Shown piece by piece: positions 23,661 through 34,777 of a DNA stretch of 64,000 bases; the stretch's first letter is position 1, and every line of letters begins with the position of its first letter. The notes beneath the pieces were generated by a model. The model searched no databases. It was given only the letters and a program-made list of their open reading frames with translations, and was not told the origin of the DNA. The DNA is taken from positions 170,152 through 234,151 of the forward strand of contig NW_005434582.1 in NCBI RefSeq assembly GCF_000315625.1, written 5' to 3'. Both the position numbers and the translations under genes were made by a program. The stretch comes from Guillardia theta CCMP2712 (lineage: Eukaryota > Protista > Cryptophyta).

Positions 23661-25735
23661 TCAAGCAGCGTCATGGCCAGCCGCCTCGTCCCTCCGTATA
23701 CCCTGGTGGGAAGCATCAGCTGAGGGCAGCAACACGTCCAGCAGACCTTGGCTTCAGCAGGAGGATCGTCCAGCGATAACCCACTGCGGACACTGATAGC
23801 GTCCATGTCGACGGGAGCATCTTCGACTGAGGGGCTGTAAGACCGGTCCTCCAGGTCTGCAAACAAGAGTCTGAGAAAGTTGCGACAATGATGATGAGGA
23901 AGGAGGGAAACCTGGAAGGTCGCGCCCGTTGAGCCCCCCCAATGGCTTGTCATCGGGAAGGTTGTGGTGGGACTGGCCCTGGAGCAGCTCGTAGCTCTTG
24001 CCTTCCTTCTTCTCCGCCACCTCAAGCTCCTTCTCCTCCTGCGCAGTAGTCTCGATGTCTGCCACCTTCGCGTCAAGGTCCAGAGGGTCCAGATGCTGCA
24101 GGTCCTCGTCGCGGAAGAACTTCGGGAACAGCTTCTGGCGGGCAGGGACGATGATCATGATGAAGAGAGGGAACGAGATGCCGGCGATGCCAGCCCACGT
24201 GATCCCGTAGCAGATGAGGAGGAACACCAGCTGCATCAAGGTGAACTTCTGGATCGTCTTCATCGGCACCTTGTCCAGGAAGGAAGGGTGATGCCCCGAG
24301 CGCAGGCGGAAGACTTGCTTCCTGTCAGTCAGGAAGAGGAGGAGCCTCTCGAAAAACTGGTTGCCCGGCAGCCCCTCGATGGCCATGAAGGCAAAGAACC
24401 CCCAGAGGACAGAGCGGGGTATCTTTTGGATAATGAAGGTCAGTGGGAGGCAGATCCCGCAGAGGATAGACTGGATCAGGTTTGACACCCTGTTCTCCAC
24501 TATCTCCGCCCTCAAGTGAATCTTCTCCTCGCCCGGTTGCCCCGCCGTCCCTTTCTCCACGTGCTTCTCCTTGAACCACTTCCGGTTGGCCCGCGCGTGC
24601 ATGGGGGCTTGGGGGATGACCCCGTTGACCGGGGGGATGCCGAGGAGACCGCAGATCAGAGTCATGATGGCCAGTAGCAAGAAGTCCCAGTGGTACGCAG
24701 GAGGCTTCTTGAGGTCCATGACATTCTGAGCCAGCTGGCTGCTGACGTTGTGATCGAAGAAGAAGAGGACCGCGATGATGACCGCCGGGATCAGAGCCGC
24801 CGCCCAGTGCCTGAGCTCCATGTGAGTACAACGTCAACGCTGCTAGACAGTCAGAGGGTTTACCATCCTTCCAGCTCTTGCATGCGACTCAGCACAGTGT
24901 AGTTGGGAGATCCGTCGAGCGCGTTGGGGATCAGGAGGCGTCGGGGGATCCCGTCCGGGACTCCCTTAGGGATGTAGGAGACGAGAGTCCAGAGCAGCAC
25001 GGCCAGAGCGGTGCCATAGTCCGAGATAAAATGCCGGAGCACTCGTCGGAAGTAGACAGTATGCCGCATCGAGATGCTGGCAAGCGAAGTGAAGAGCAGG
25101 CCTCCAGCGAGGACGATGGAGAAGGAGCCATTGAACATTAACCAGATCCGCGACTCTGTCTGCATGCTGCTGCTGCTGTGGACAACGGAACCCAGCGGGT
25201 GAAATTCGGAGTAGAGCCCTTTGATCGCTTCTTGGAAGAACAGAGTGGCAATGAGTAGACCGAACAGTTCTCCCGAGAAGCGTGAAAAATGGTTGATGTA
25301 GGAGCAAGAGTTGATCGCGGCCAACCCTGCCAGCATGATCGCGACCCAGAACAGAGTCGCTGATGCCCATGGTACGAAGGGGATATTTGCAGTCTTTGCG
25401 ATCTTGTACATGTAGCCATAGACGAGTACAATCGGCTCCGCCACTCCCACGATGAGCAACGGCTGGCCGCCCAGGATCGACTGGATCGCCCCGCAGACAG
25501 CCGTTGCCAGGATCACATGAACGCCGTTGAGGGCCCCCTCTGTATAATCGTCCAATTGCTCACCGAAGGTGAGGGCGGGGATGATGCTGGCAAAGAAGAT
25601 GTACGTGGAAGGAGCGAGGATCGTTATGTTTTCCTTGAGCCCGTCTACCCAATCCGAGAGGTAGAAAGGCGCACGAGAACGAAGGTCATGTAATATGCCC
25701 GCAAACGGCCGAATCCCGTGACTTTGCCTCGTCAT
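23661..25735 (-). CDS. SLC4-family anion transporter, BOR1-like borate/bicarbonate transporter
   Basis: GILHDLRSRAPFYLSDW, GGQPLLIVGVAEP, SRFSGELFGLLIA, LFFFDHNVSSQLAQ, GIPPVNGVIPQAPMH and ENRVSNLIQS match plant BOR1-type motifs. Intron 24863-24811 joins the two main ORFs. The 5' end may extend upstream of 25735. Confidence 0.88.
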
Positions 25736-26179
25736 TGCAGCACCGAGAGCTTCTTGTGTGTGATAGCGTTTCCAAAACGAACCTGAACAAACAGCAAGAA
25801 AAGTCAGCCGACGCTGTTTCCTCCGTCATGGTATCGTTGCTCCGTCTCTGACCCCCGCTCTCCCGCCGCCACCATATCCTTGCAGTATAAGAGGGAATTT
25901 TCTTTCTTTTGAACTTAACCTCGGCAATCCTGTTTCTATTCTCAATGCTACTCTACTCTTTTTCATCCTCCCTCGTACCTTTTCTACCTACCTGCACCCA
26001 AAAAGTCTTCCTGTTTCGTGTCGTTCGCTTCTCTGATCCCCTAGAACTCCTCATGTAGATCCTTCCCACCGTGTATCTGTCTCTTCCCCTTCCTCTCCCT
26101 CCCCTCCCTCTCCTCTCCCTCCCATCAACCCCGATCTCTTCATCGCCATGATAGGGACAAAGTTTTTTTATTGACCATA

Positions 26180-27120
26180 AATCACCCTGCGGGCGAGTAC
26201 CCCACATTCAATGTACATCTTTAGTACCCTCTACCCCCACAGACCCCACAAATTACCATTCAAATTAGGGGTTGTACAAGTACCCTACCCTGATGGCTCA
26301 AACGTACAAGCTGGAACGAAAGAAAGATTGGGGAGGGAGCACGTGTCGAGGGGGTGGGGTGGGGTATCCACCTTATATGTTCCAGGTGGGGTCCTTTCCA
26401 GCGAGTATGGAGGGGTTCTATACCCTCCAATTTCCAGGCTTGCCTCAGGTCAGTTTTCAGCCTCAGTCCCCGATGACCTTTGAACCTCCGGGCCCGTGCC
26501 GGGGCCCGGCGTTATCGGTTTCAGGTACCCCCCCCTGCCTCTGGTAGGTTAGTACCACCCCCATTAATACATGACCCAACCCACCCCTTGAGAGGGTCCT
26601 ACCGGTCACCATCTCAATCGTATTCTGTCAACAGCGACCGGTGTAACCCCACCCACCCTATCTTAGTTTGTAGTACCCACCCTCTTTTTTCACTTTTGAC
26701 CCCTTAAAATATACAGTGCTACCCCTTTGATATTGTCCTATAGTAGCTTCCTAGTCCTGAAGTCCTAGGATTGTTGTAGGGGGGCAGGATTACCAGGGTA
26801 CAAACCGGGGGGGGGTCCATCCAGAGGGTAGGGTAGGCTGGTCATAGCTTCATCATCCCCACCAAATTGTAAAGTGTGTGGGGAACTTTTAGGGGGTCTA
26901 TGTCGAGATACTAGGGTAGTGACATATTATGGAGGGGTGTACATGGAAATAGCCACCACAATGGAGGTGAAATGGGGTATATAAATAGCTAAATTTAAGG
27001 GGTACTAAATTTCAATGAAGGGTGATCAACGAAAAGGTAGGGGTTATATAAAATCTTTGGGGTACATGGTTTGGAGGGTGGAGGTGGGGTAAACAAATCG
27101 GGGTAGGGGTAGAAAGCATG
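26180..27120. promoter_or_regulatory. Type A TACCC/GGGTA block between divergent genes
   Basis: Very dense GTACCC/GGGGTA/TAGGG words. Lies between the BOR1-like (-) and JmjC (+) starts. Confidence 0.4.
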
Positions 27121-27366
27121 GAGCAGTGCAAACTTTTGGTAGGAATGCAAGGGGGATGGAAGGGGGGGAGGAGGGCGGGGAATGGAAGCAGACGACAGGG
27201 AGAGGAGAGAGGCAGAGGAGGCAGAGAGGATGCTAGATGTGATAGAGACTGCAAAGGCTTCGTGAAATTGCATCGTGTGAAGCAAGTTCCGGCTCCTGTT
27301 TTCGTGCTATTTCATTTGAAGAAGGTGCTACTGGACTTGGGATCCTGCAAAGAACCATTTTTTGCC

Positions 27367-29568
27367 ATGCAAAGCATCCCCAAGAATAGTAGATCCAATG
27401 TAGCGCTCAAGCATGCTTTGTCGATTATTGAGAATGGGATCGCTGATGCTATTTCGAATAGCCTGGTTGATGATCAGGTTTCACAATTGCACTTGACAGT
27501 CATATACACAATGCAGGTGTCAGGGCGTGTTGGAAAGTCATAAGAGATGGATCGCGAACTTCGAAAGGTTTTAGTAAGACATTGTATGGCTTGTCTCCTG
27601 ATTCTCCTTCAAAGGATCTGGAGCGCATCCGCAGGTTTGAACAAGAAAACGATGACAAGCTCCGCAAGAAGAAGTGCAAGTCACCTGAGATATGTGCGGG
27701 TGATGAGAAGCAACGGGTTCGATTCTCCCTTCCTCGAGCAAAGGAATTCCATCCTACAGAAGATGAATTCAAGGACCCGCTGTCTTACATCTCTAAGATT
27801 CAATCCGAGGCATCCAAGTACACCCCCTGAAATGGATGTTGGTTTGTTTGCTTGCTGTTTGCTTTGTTTCTTGATGTGGTTGAATGCCGTGAGTGGATGG
27901 TTCTGCTCTTTGTGGACGTTAGATACTAGATGTCTATTTTCCTAACGAAAAAACCGATCCTCCCAATGTTCGGCGACCCGCATGAGGTTTGTCTAACCGG
28001 CCCCTGACCTTTGTTGCAGGTACGGAGTCGTGAAGATCATTCCTCCATGCACATGGAAGCCGATGTTTGCTCCCTGCTTTGGTGTGTTTGAGAACTCAGA
28101 CCGTCTCTTCTGCGTTCGACGCCAGACCGTTCAAAAGAAGACCGTCTTACCTGTAAGTCACAAGCATATCACTGATCGGACCGTTTGTAAAGATCGATAA
28201 TTTCGCTCGGCAGCTGAATGACAGTTGGGGTGTGGCTTTCGAGTTCAAGGTTGAGCACATGAGCAAACATTTCACGTTGGACAAGTTCGAGGAGGAGGCG
28301 TCAGGAAGAAGAAATGTCTTCGCTGATGAATCCAAGGATGCCAACAGGATATTCTGGGAACATGTCTGCAGGACCAACTCTTGTGCCTTCTTGTACGGAT
28401 CAGATTTGACAGGGACTGCGTGTAGCGAGGATGCGGGAAAGTGGAACCTTGAGAAGTTCTCAAACGATTCCTTGCTGGGAATGATACGAAGCTCGGGTGA
28501 TCCTGACATCTGCGGAGTAAACCTTCCGATGCTCTATGTGGGGCATGCTTTCTCCATGTTCGGTTGGCACATTGAAGACAACGCCCTCTACTCTCTCAAC
28601 TACATGCACAAGGGATCGGCCAAGACCTGGTATGGGGTCCCAGGCCACGAAGCTCAGAAGTTGGAGAAGCTGGCCAAGAGCCTATTCGAACAAAAGGATG
28701 ACCTGTCTTGTCGGTTATACCAGAAGCTGTCTATGATCTCTCCGAACCTCCTGTTAGACGCTGGCATACCTGTCTACGAGTTAGTGCAAAGGCCCGGTGA
28801 GTTCGTCATAACCATGCCAAGATCTTATCACTCAGGTTTCAGCCATGGCTTCAATGTCGGTAAGCAGAGATCTGTGCTAGAGCGGTGTGCAAACTTGAAG
28901 CGTGCTCACACGGCCCGTGTGCAGGCGAAGCTGTAAACTTTGCTCTGCCCGAGTGGATCCCTTACGGATTTAGCTCCCTGGAAAGCCATCGAGGGATCGG
29001 ACGGGAGTCGGTCCTCAACCTGGAGAAGTTCCTCTTCAACGATTCGAGCTTCTTCAACGTCAGCGTGTACAGTGCTCAAGCTCTCGTCACTCTCATCCGG
29101 TGGCAGCAAGCCGTGATCAAAGTAGCCGAAGAGAGGGGAGTCAAGATACAGAGAATCACCCGAAGTTCGCGAGGTTCCCCCGAGCAGAGCGATAGGGTGG
29201 ACAAGCGTGTCATGTGCTGCTACTGCAAGCACTCCATGTACCTCATGTACCTCTACGTTCCGGGTGGAGACGGGATCCGTTTCTGCCCTGATCATGCAAA
29301 CCACATGGAAGTTGAGGTGGAATGTCTCTCGCTCTACATCAGGTTCACGAAAGAAGAGCTTGCAAACATGGAAGAGCTGTGTCAGGCAGTGCTTTCTGAT
29401 CCTACTCAGCACAAGGATCTTGTGGGATTCCAAGGAGAAATCCTGGTGCACTTTGACATGGCACAGCCAATCATCAGCGACAAACCAAAGAAGTCCTCCA
29501 AGACTCAGTCCACCCTGTTCGAATTTCCATCTTCGCCTTTCTATAACATGCAAACTAGTCAATCATGA
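27367..29568 (+). CDS. JmjN + JmjC histone lysine demethylase with a degenerate C5HC2-type zinc finger (KDM4/KDM5 group)
   Basis: JmjN: FHPTEDEFKDPLSYISKIQSEASK|YGVVKIIPP. JmjC: LYVGHAFSMFGWHIEDNALYSLNY...KTWYGVP...QRPGEFVITMPRSYHSGFSHGFNV|GEAVNFA, with the HxE...H iron triad intact. C-terminal CCYCKH...FCPDH. Confidence 0.88.
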
Positions 29569-30990
29569 AAATAAACAATAGCATCCCGGATGTCATGAGA
29601 CGAGACGATAGAGGAACCAAGAAGAGCGAATTTATCTGACCTAACCTGCAGCGATAGCGTTTCGTGCAGATTGGCACTCTGTGGGGAGGGACAGAGCATG
29701 CCGCGCAAAACAACGACAAGGACAGGAATGAAAACAGATCTTACAAGGAAACAGATCGTTACAGGGAGGCTCATGGAAATGAAACTTTACACCCAAGAGA
29801 TGGCGCGTGCGCTGTCCATGGACAACATGAGTCCGGCATTGCCGTCCCAGGCACAGTCGTTCTGATCATAAGGATATCCCGACGAGACGTAGACTGTGGG
29901 TCCTTCCAGCTTGTTCGTGCAGTTGGCACAGACGCTATCAGCCGTGGAGTTGCATTGTGGCCTGCACTGTCCGATCTCACATGGAGTCGTGGCGCACATG
30001 GTACAGTTGTACTCTCCATGCATGTCCTTGTACATTCCTGGAGGACAAGGTTGACATCTGCACAGAACACCATCGAACGCAGGATACAACCCAGCATTGC
30101 AGGCTCACTGCAAGGTAAGATTTCTCCTGGTGCGCAAGTTCGAGATGTTGGATAAGCGGACAGCATACTGTCCTGCACCTTGCCCATCCACGATGCGTCT
30201 AGAAATATGAGAGGAATGCCTGCGAGGTAGATTGCCTGCACTGACAATGGAAAATGCATCGTAACTGATACAGGAGATGTTGTTGTTTGTGATGTTGATG
30301 GTAGAGGCTGAGACATTGGAGGCTCCATTGTAAATTGTTGTGAGCGCATTATTGGACAAATCCAAGACCGTCAGATTCATGAAGTTGGGAAAAGAGCTCT
30401 CGTCCAGAGAAGCAATGCGGTTGAAGGAAAGGTTGAAGTAGACGAGACCAACGACTTAGTCAAACACATGAGGAGGGATGGACTCGATGTAATTGCCCGA
30501 GATGTCGAGGTTCTTCAATGACTGCAAACCTGCGAAGTCACCTTCTGATACCATCATCAGTTCGTTGTATGTTGAGGGAAACTAGAGAGTTCAGCTGGCC
30601 CATCCTGGGCTCACTTGTGGGATTGTTGTGTGAGAGATCCAACTCAGTCAGCTTGAACTTGAATCCAAGCATGCTGCTGTTACCGAAAGCACTCCGATCG
30701 GAGCTTTTGAGAACAATATGAATAACAGGTTGACCGGCCTGTCAAGGCAGCCAAGCCGGAGAACAATCCTGCAGGGATTTCTTTGACCTGCCGCACTGCG
30801 CCGCCAAGGTCAAGGGCAGTGCAGTACCCCTGCAGCTCAACGACGCCCGTGATGACGGTGATCGGACATTACACTGGGAGCCGCATGTCACTATACTAAG
30901 CGGCATCGCATCTGCTCTCTTTCACCATCACCGCCGCCATGAGCGCCAGCACCAGCCCCGCCAATTTCAGTGTCGTGGGCCCCCCGCCAT
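29560..30990 (-). pseudogene. Decayed surface-protein gene (signal peptide, extracellular LRRs, TNFR-like Cys repeats, possible TM helix)
   Basis: The signal-like LKLAGLVLALMAAVMV is out of frame with the nearest ATG. LRRs read DFAGLQSLKNLDISGNYIESIPPHVFD*VVGLVYFNLSFNRI, with an in-frame stop at 30456-30458. CQPCPPGMYKD...CRPQCNSTADSVCANCTNK lies in a shifted frame. Confidence 0.65.
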
Positions 30991-30999
30991 AGTCAAACG

Positions 31000-31450
31000 A
31001 TCGGACTCCTCACTTACATAGTCATCGAGTCTACCGTACACGGAGCCCCCCGGCCCCGGCCCTACCGTAGTACCCCCGGGCCCCCCCACCCGGCCCGGGG
31101 CCGGGGCCCGGCTAGGCGTTTAACTCCCAGGCTACTATGATTCTCAGTTCCCCATCCGATCATTGTCCCGGTGGCCGACCGGGCCGGGCCTCAATCACCG
31201 TGGCACTGAACCGGGTAGCGGCCGGGATTCAGTTCAAGTGAACTCGCCCGGCCGTACCGTACGGTACTCTGTGAGTACTTGAATTTTTAACTTAACTTTG
31301 AGTAAAGTAGACTCAGGGCCTCACCTGAGTCACCGTGGCTGAGCTCAAAGTTAAGTCGGCAGTGAGGGTCCGGGCCTCCGACCCGGTCCGACCGGGTCCG
31401 ACGGCGAGGCTACTCTGAGAGTATTTCGTACCGTGCGGCGCATGTCAAAG
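31000..31450. promoter_or_regulatory. GC-rich type B motif block
   Basis: Reverse copy of the 24-mer at 31283-31306, palindrome GTACCGTACGGTAC at 31254-31267, TGAGTCA, and CCGGGCCGG words. Confidence 0.45.
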
Positions 31451-32272
31451 AGCAGGCCAACCTCAGGATTACTACTTAGCAGAAAGGAGAAGACAGAAGT
31501 AACTGACCGAGGCCTAATAGACAAAGAAAAGGGCAGCCTTCAATATCTTTTCTCAAAGATATGAACGGTAGCTAGGGCCTGTTTTATATGAGACCCCAGG
31601 CATGCGAAATCAGCGATCAGTTGGGAATCATGCAATGGCGTGAAAATGGGATGAGCTACGATGAAGATGATCGTGACAGTGACTTCTCTTACAGAACAGT
31701 GATCAAGATTGAACAACCCTCAAGTCCTGATCCGAGGCAGGAGACGCACTGTGACGCCGGCAGGCTGACAGGATCACGAAAGAATCAGGAAATAGTTCAG
31801 TGACATAGTTCAGTAAGGAGCCCTGCTGTCTGGGGGGCAACAGACGACGACTGAGACTGAGGTGCAAGCCGCGCAGATGCCGTGAGAGGACTGAGATGAG
31901 AGCAGCAGATGCAGTTAGAGGAGGAAAGCAGCACTGAACAAAGTGAGAGCAGCATTGAGCAACGGAAGTGACAGGATTGGGATAATTGTCAATAGCAGGA
32001 GATGCCTGTCACTGATCCAGCAGCATCCTGGAGTTGGACGGGTAGAATGGCAGAAAGGGAGTTTAGCGAAAGAGAGTTTAGAGCTGTTGTGATACGTGTG
32101 ATTATGCACGCGTGTCTGTTTCGACTTCGGTGGCCTGTTGGTAGCGTGAAGCATGTCAGTTGTTGAATGAGAAGGAATGAAGTTTGCTGAAATCTTGCTC
32201 ATCGTTCTCAACAACTCAACAACGAGTAGATTCCTGCAGTACAAAGGCTGATCTGTGTGCGCAGCTGCCGAC

Positions 32273-34044
32273 ATGGATTCGGAAAAGCATGAGAGTGAGA
32301 CTGCGAAGGAGCTGGTGAACGCACTCAAGAGTGAGCTTCAACGATCAAAGGAGCTGCAGGAGGAGATCGACATGTAAGTTTGCTGCGACTGCGAGATGGA
32401 GCTGATGAGAGCGCATGTAACCAGCAAGGAGACAAGAATATCATCGCTGGAGTCAGAAATCCGCGATATGACAAGCACCTTCGACAGAGAGAAGTCGGAT
32501 CTTCAGCGCGAACTGTTAGATGCTTCCTCTGAGCCTCACCCAATTGCTCATCATCTACCTGCTGCTTGCAGATCCATGAAATCTCAGCTCTACGAGAACG
32601 GCCTGACGATGATGCACGAGATGCAGCAGGTCTGTAGGAAGAGGTTTGTTGTCGTTGTTGTCTGTCTCACTCTCTTTTCTCAGAGCCACAACGAGGTTGC
32701 TCTGCTCCCTCGTCTTCCTGTTTGAGTTTGTCATCGTCCCCTTGCAGGCTCAGGAGATCTTGTTCCAGAGGATCAAATTCCTCGAGGATCAGGTGGCTTG
32801 CCCGAGTTACTGAAGTGTGTCCAGTCGTTCACTCTTTCATGACGTCAGCTGGAGAAGGTCAGAACGGAGTTGTACAAAGCCAAGCAAGAGGCGCAGGAGA
32901 TGTTGCTGTATAAGGTGACGAGGTGAAGAAAAGGCAAGGCCCGTGCTCTGAGCTCCTAGCAGGCAGAGGTCAACGATTTGAACGAGGCGTTGGAAGAACT
33001 AGAAAACGAGATGCAGACGGTTCTTTGCTGCTTGCCTACTCCCAATGTGACTAGAGGACGGAAGGCGGTGACAGTAGCGTTGGACAAAGCTTACGACATG
33101 TTTGGAAAAGAGAAGAAGCAGGAATGGTTTGAATGCTGCCATGAAGCACGCTGACTCGCCTGCAGCTGGTGGAGAAGATCCAGAACTTGGAATGTGAAAG
33201 ACAAGAAATGATTTCTAGCCATGTGAGTGAGTTGCCATTTGCCCGGCAAGGCGCACAGCCACCAACTAAGGCATCCCGACTTGTTTGCTACAGAGAGTGC
33301 AAGAAGACAACTCGGTCGAGCTCGAGCAAGCGCTGCGGGAGGTACAGCAGCTTAGGTCGCTGTCTGACAGCAGGGAGTCGCTCCTGAGGTCCCTATCCCC
33401 CACCTCCATCGAGAGCCGCTCGAGTCACCCTGAGCCCGCAGGATGTTGGAGGATGGGAGGCATATCGACCATGCGGGGATGCAGAAGTTGAGACGGGCAG
33501 GACGGTAGAAGCCGCCTGACTAGCTCGCCCTCGACGTCTAATGCTGCCCAGGATCATGCAGCCTCCTGAGAAGACGGGGCATCATCCTGCTCAGCCCCCG
33601 GCTAAACGCAAACCAGGCACGAGCAAGGACGGGAACGAGAGGCTGAGGGCGAGGAGCGGAGCAGCGCTAGTGGAGTCACCGAGGAGCGAGTCAAACCTCA
33701 AAGTCCCGGTGACTTTGACAGCAGTGACATCAGCTGGTGCTGACGTAGACTGTGAGCGACAGGCTTCAAGGACACCAGAGAATCTGCAGAGGGGAAGCGC
33801 GATAGTGGCCAAGAGGCGGACGGGGCCTCGTGAGATCCTGACAGGTAGACCTGAAGAAGCCGCTGAACTCGACCTGAGCTGAGCTTGCTTCCTTGAAGCT
33901 TCACAGCTGGACTGGAGCTCGTCATCGATACCTGAGGAAGATCATCACGACCGGGTTTCTGTTGAGGCTAGTGATCATGACATCTTCCCAGCTCTCCCCT
34001 GCTCGCCCGCCGCCGAGCTGCAGTCGATCAGCACCTGCGAGTGA
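32273..34044 (+). CDS. Hypothetical coiled-coil protein with many micro-exons
   Basis: MDSEKHESETAKELVNALKSELQRSKELQEEID, followed by short heptad-rich exons separated by ~45-60-nt GT-AG introns. Both ends are uncertain. Confidence 0.5.
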
Positions 34045-34059
34045 TCGTCTGACTCCTAA

Positions 34060-34560
34060 CGCTCCAAGTCGGACTGAGTCAAGGCTGGCAGCGACTCATC
34101 ATAGTACAACTCGGCGGCTTCACACAGTATTAAATCGTTCAACTGCCACGATAGACTTGGCTGTGAACACTGGGAGCTTCCCAGGGCAGCCCCGCCGCCG
34201 CCCGCCGCCGCGGGCCCAGTCGCGGCCCGCGGCCGCGGCGCTCCGGTCAGTCCGAGACCCTCGCTCTGTGACAGTGAAGGCTCCGGGCGAGTTCGGATTC
34301 AGTTCCGAAGTTCAAACCGGCGGTTCCTTGCCAAGTGGGCCCGAGCCGGGCACCGTCCGCCGGGGCTCCCCGGGGCCCGGTACGCTCGCCGCCGAGTCAG
34401 CCTCGGAGACTCGGTCCGGGCTGCCGGGTCCACTGAGCCCGGCGACGGCGGCCTGTGACACTGCCGTGACAACAGCCTGGCAGTGTGACAATACCGTACG
34501 GTACTGGCCGCCGGGCCGGGCAATACTGGCCGGGCAGATACTGGTGACAATACACGATTC
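34060..34560. promoter_or_regulatory. GC-rich type B motif block
   Basis: TACCGTACGGTA at 34492-34503, TGAGTCA, and dense CCGG/GGCC/GAGTC. Confidence 0.4.
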
Positions 34561-34777
34561 AGGGTGGGGATGAGGGCCCTGAGAGAGGAATGGCGGGAAG
34601 GAGGGAGGAAGAGATTGGAGGAGGGAGGAGGAGTAGGAGGATGAAAGAGCAGTCAGATTATGATCAGAATGTAGAGATCGATTTCTTCTCCCATGACCCG
34701 CCTCCTCTACTTCTTCTCACCCTCCTCTTCCCTGCGTTTCCCTGCATTTCCCTGCGTTTCCTCAGCTAGTCAACTAG

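Noticed and set aside
26180-27120. Interstitial telomeric repeats
   Set aside because: TAGGG/GGGTA words are scattered on both strands and never form tandem TTAGGG or TTTAGGG arrays.
31588-32200. Protein-like stretch upstream of the coiled-coil gene
   Set aside because: Several stops and no consistent splice solution. It may be decayed coding sequence but cannot be supported.
33893-34573. 226-aa Pro/Ala/Arg-rich ORF, and similar ORFs at 39631-40197, 42179-42676 and 48839-49361
   Set aside because: These are stop-poor frames caused by the high GC of type B blocks, with no domain signal.
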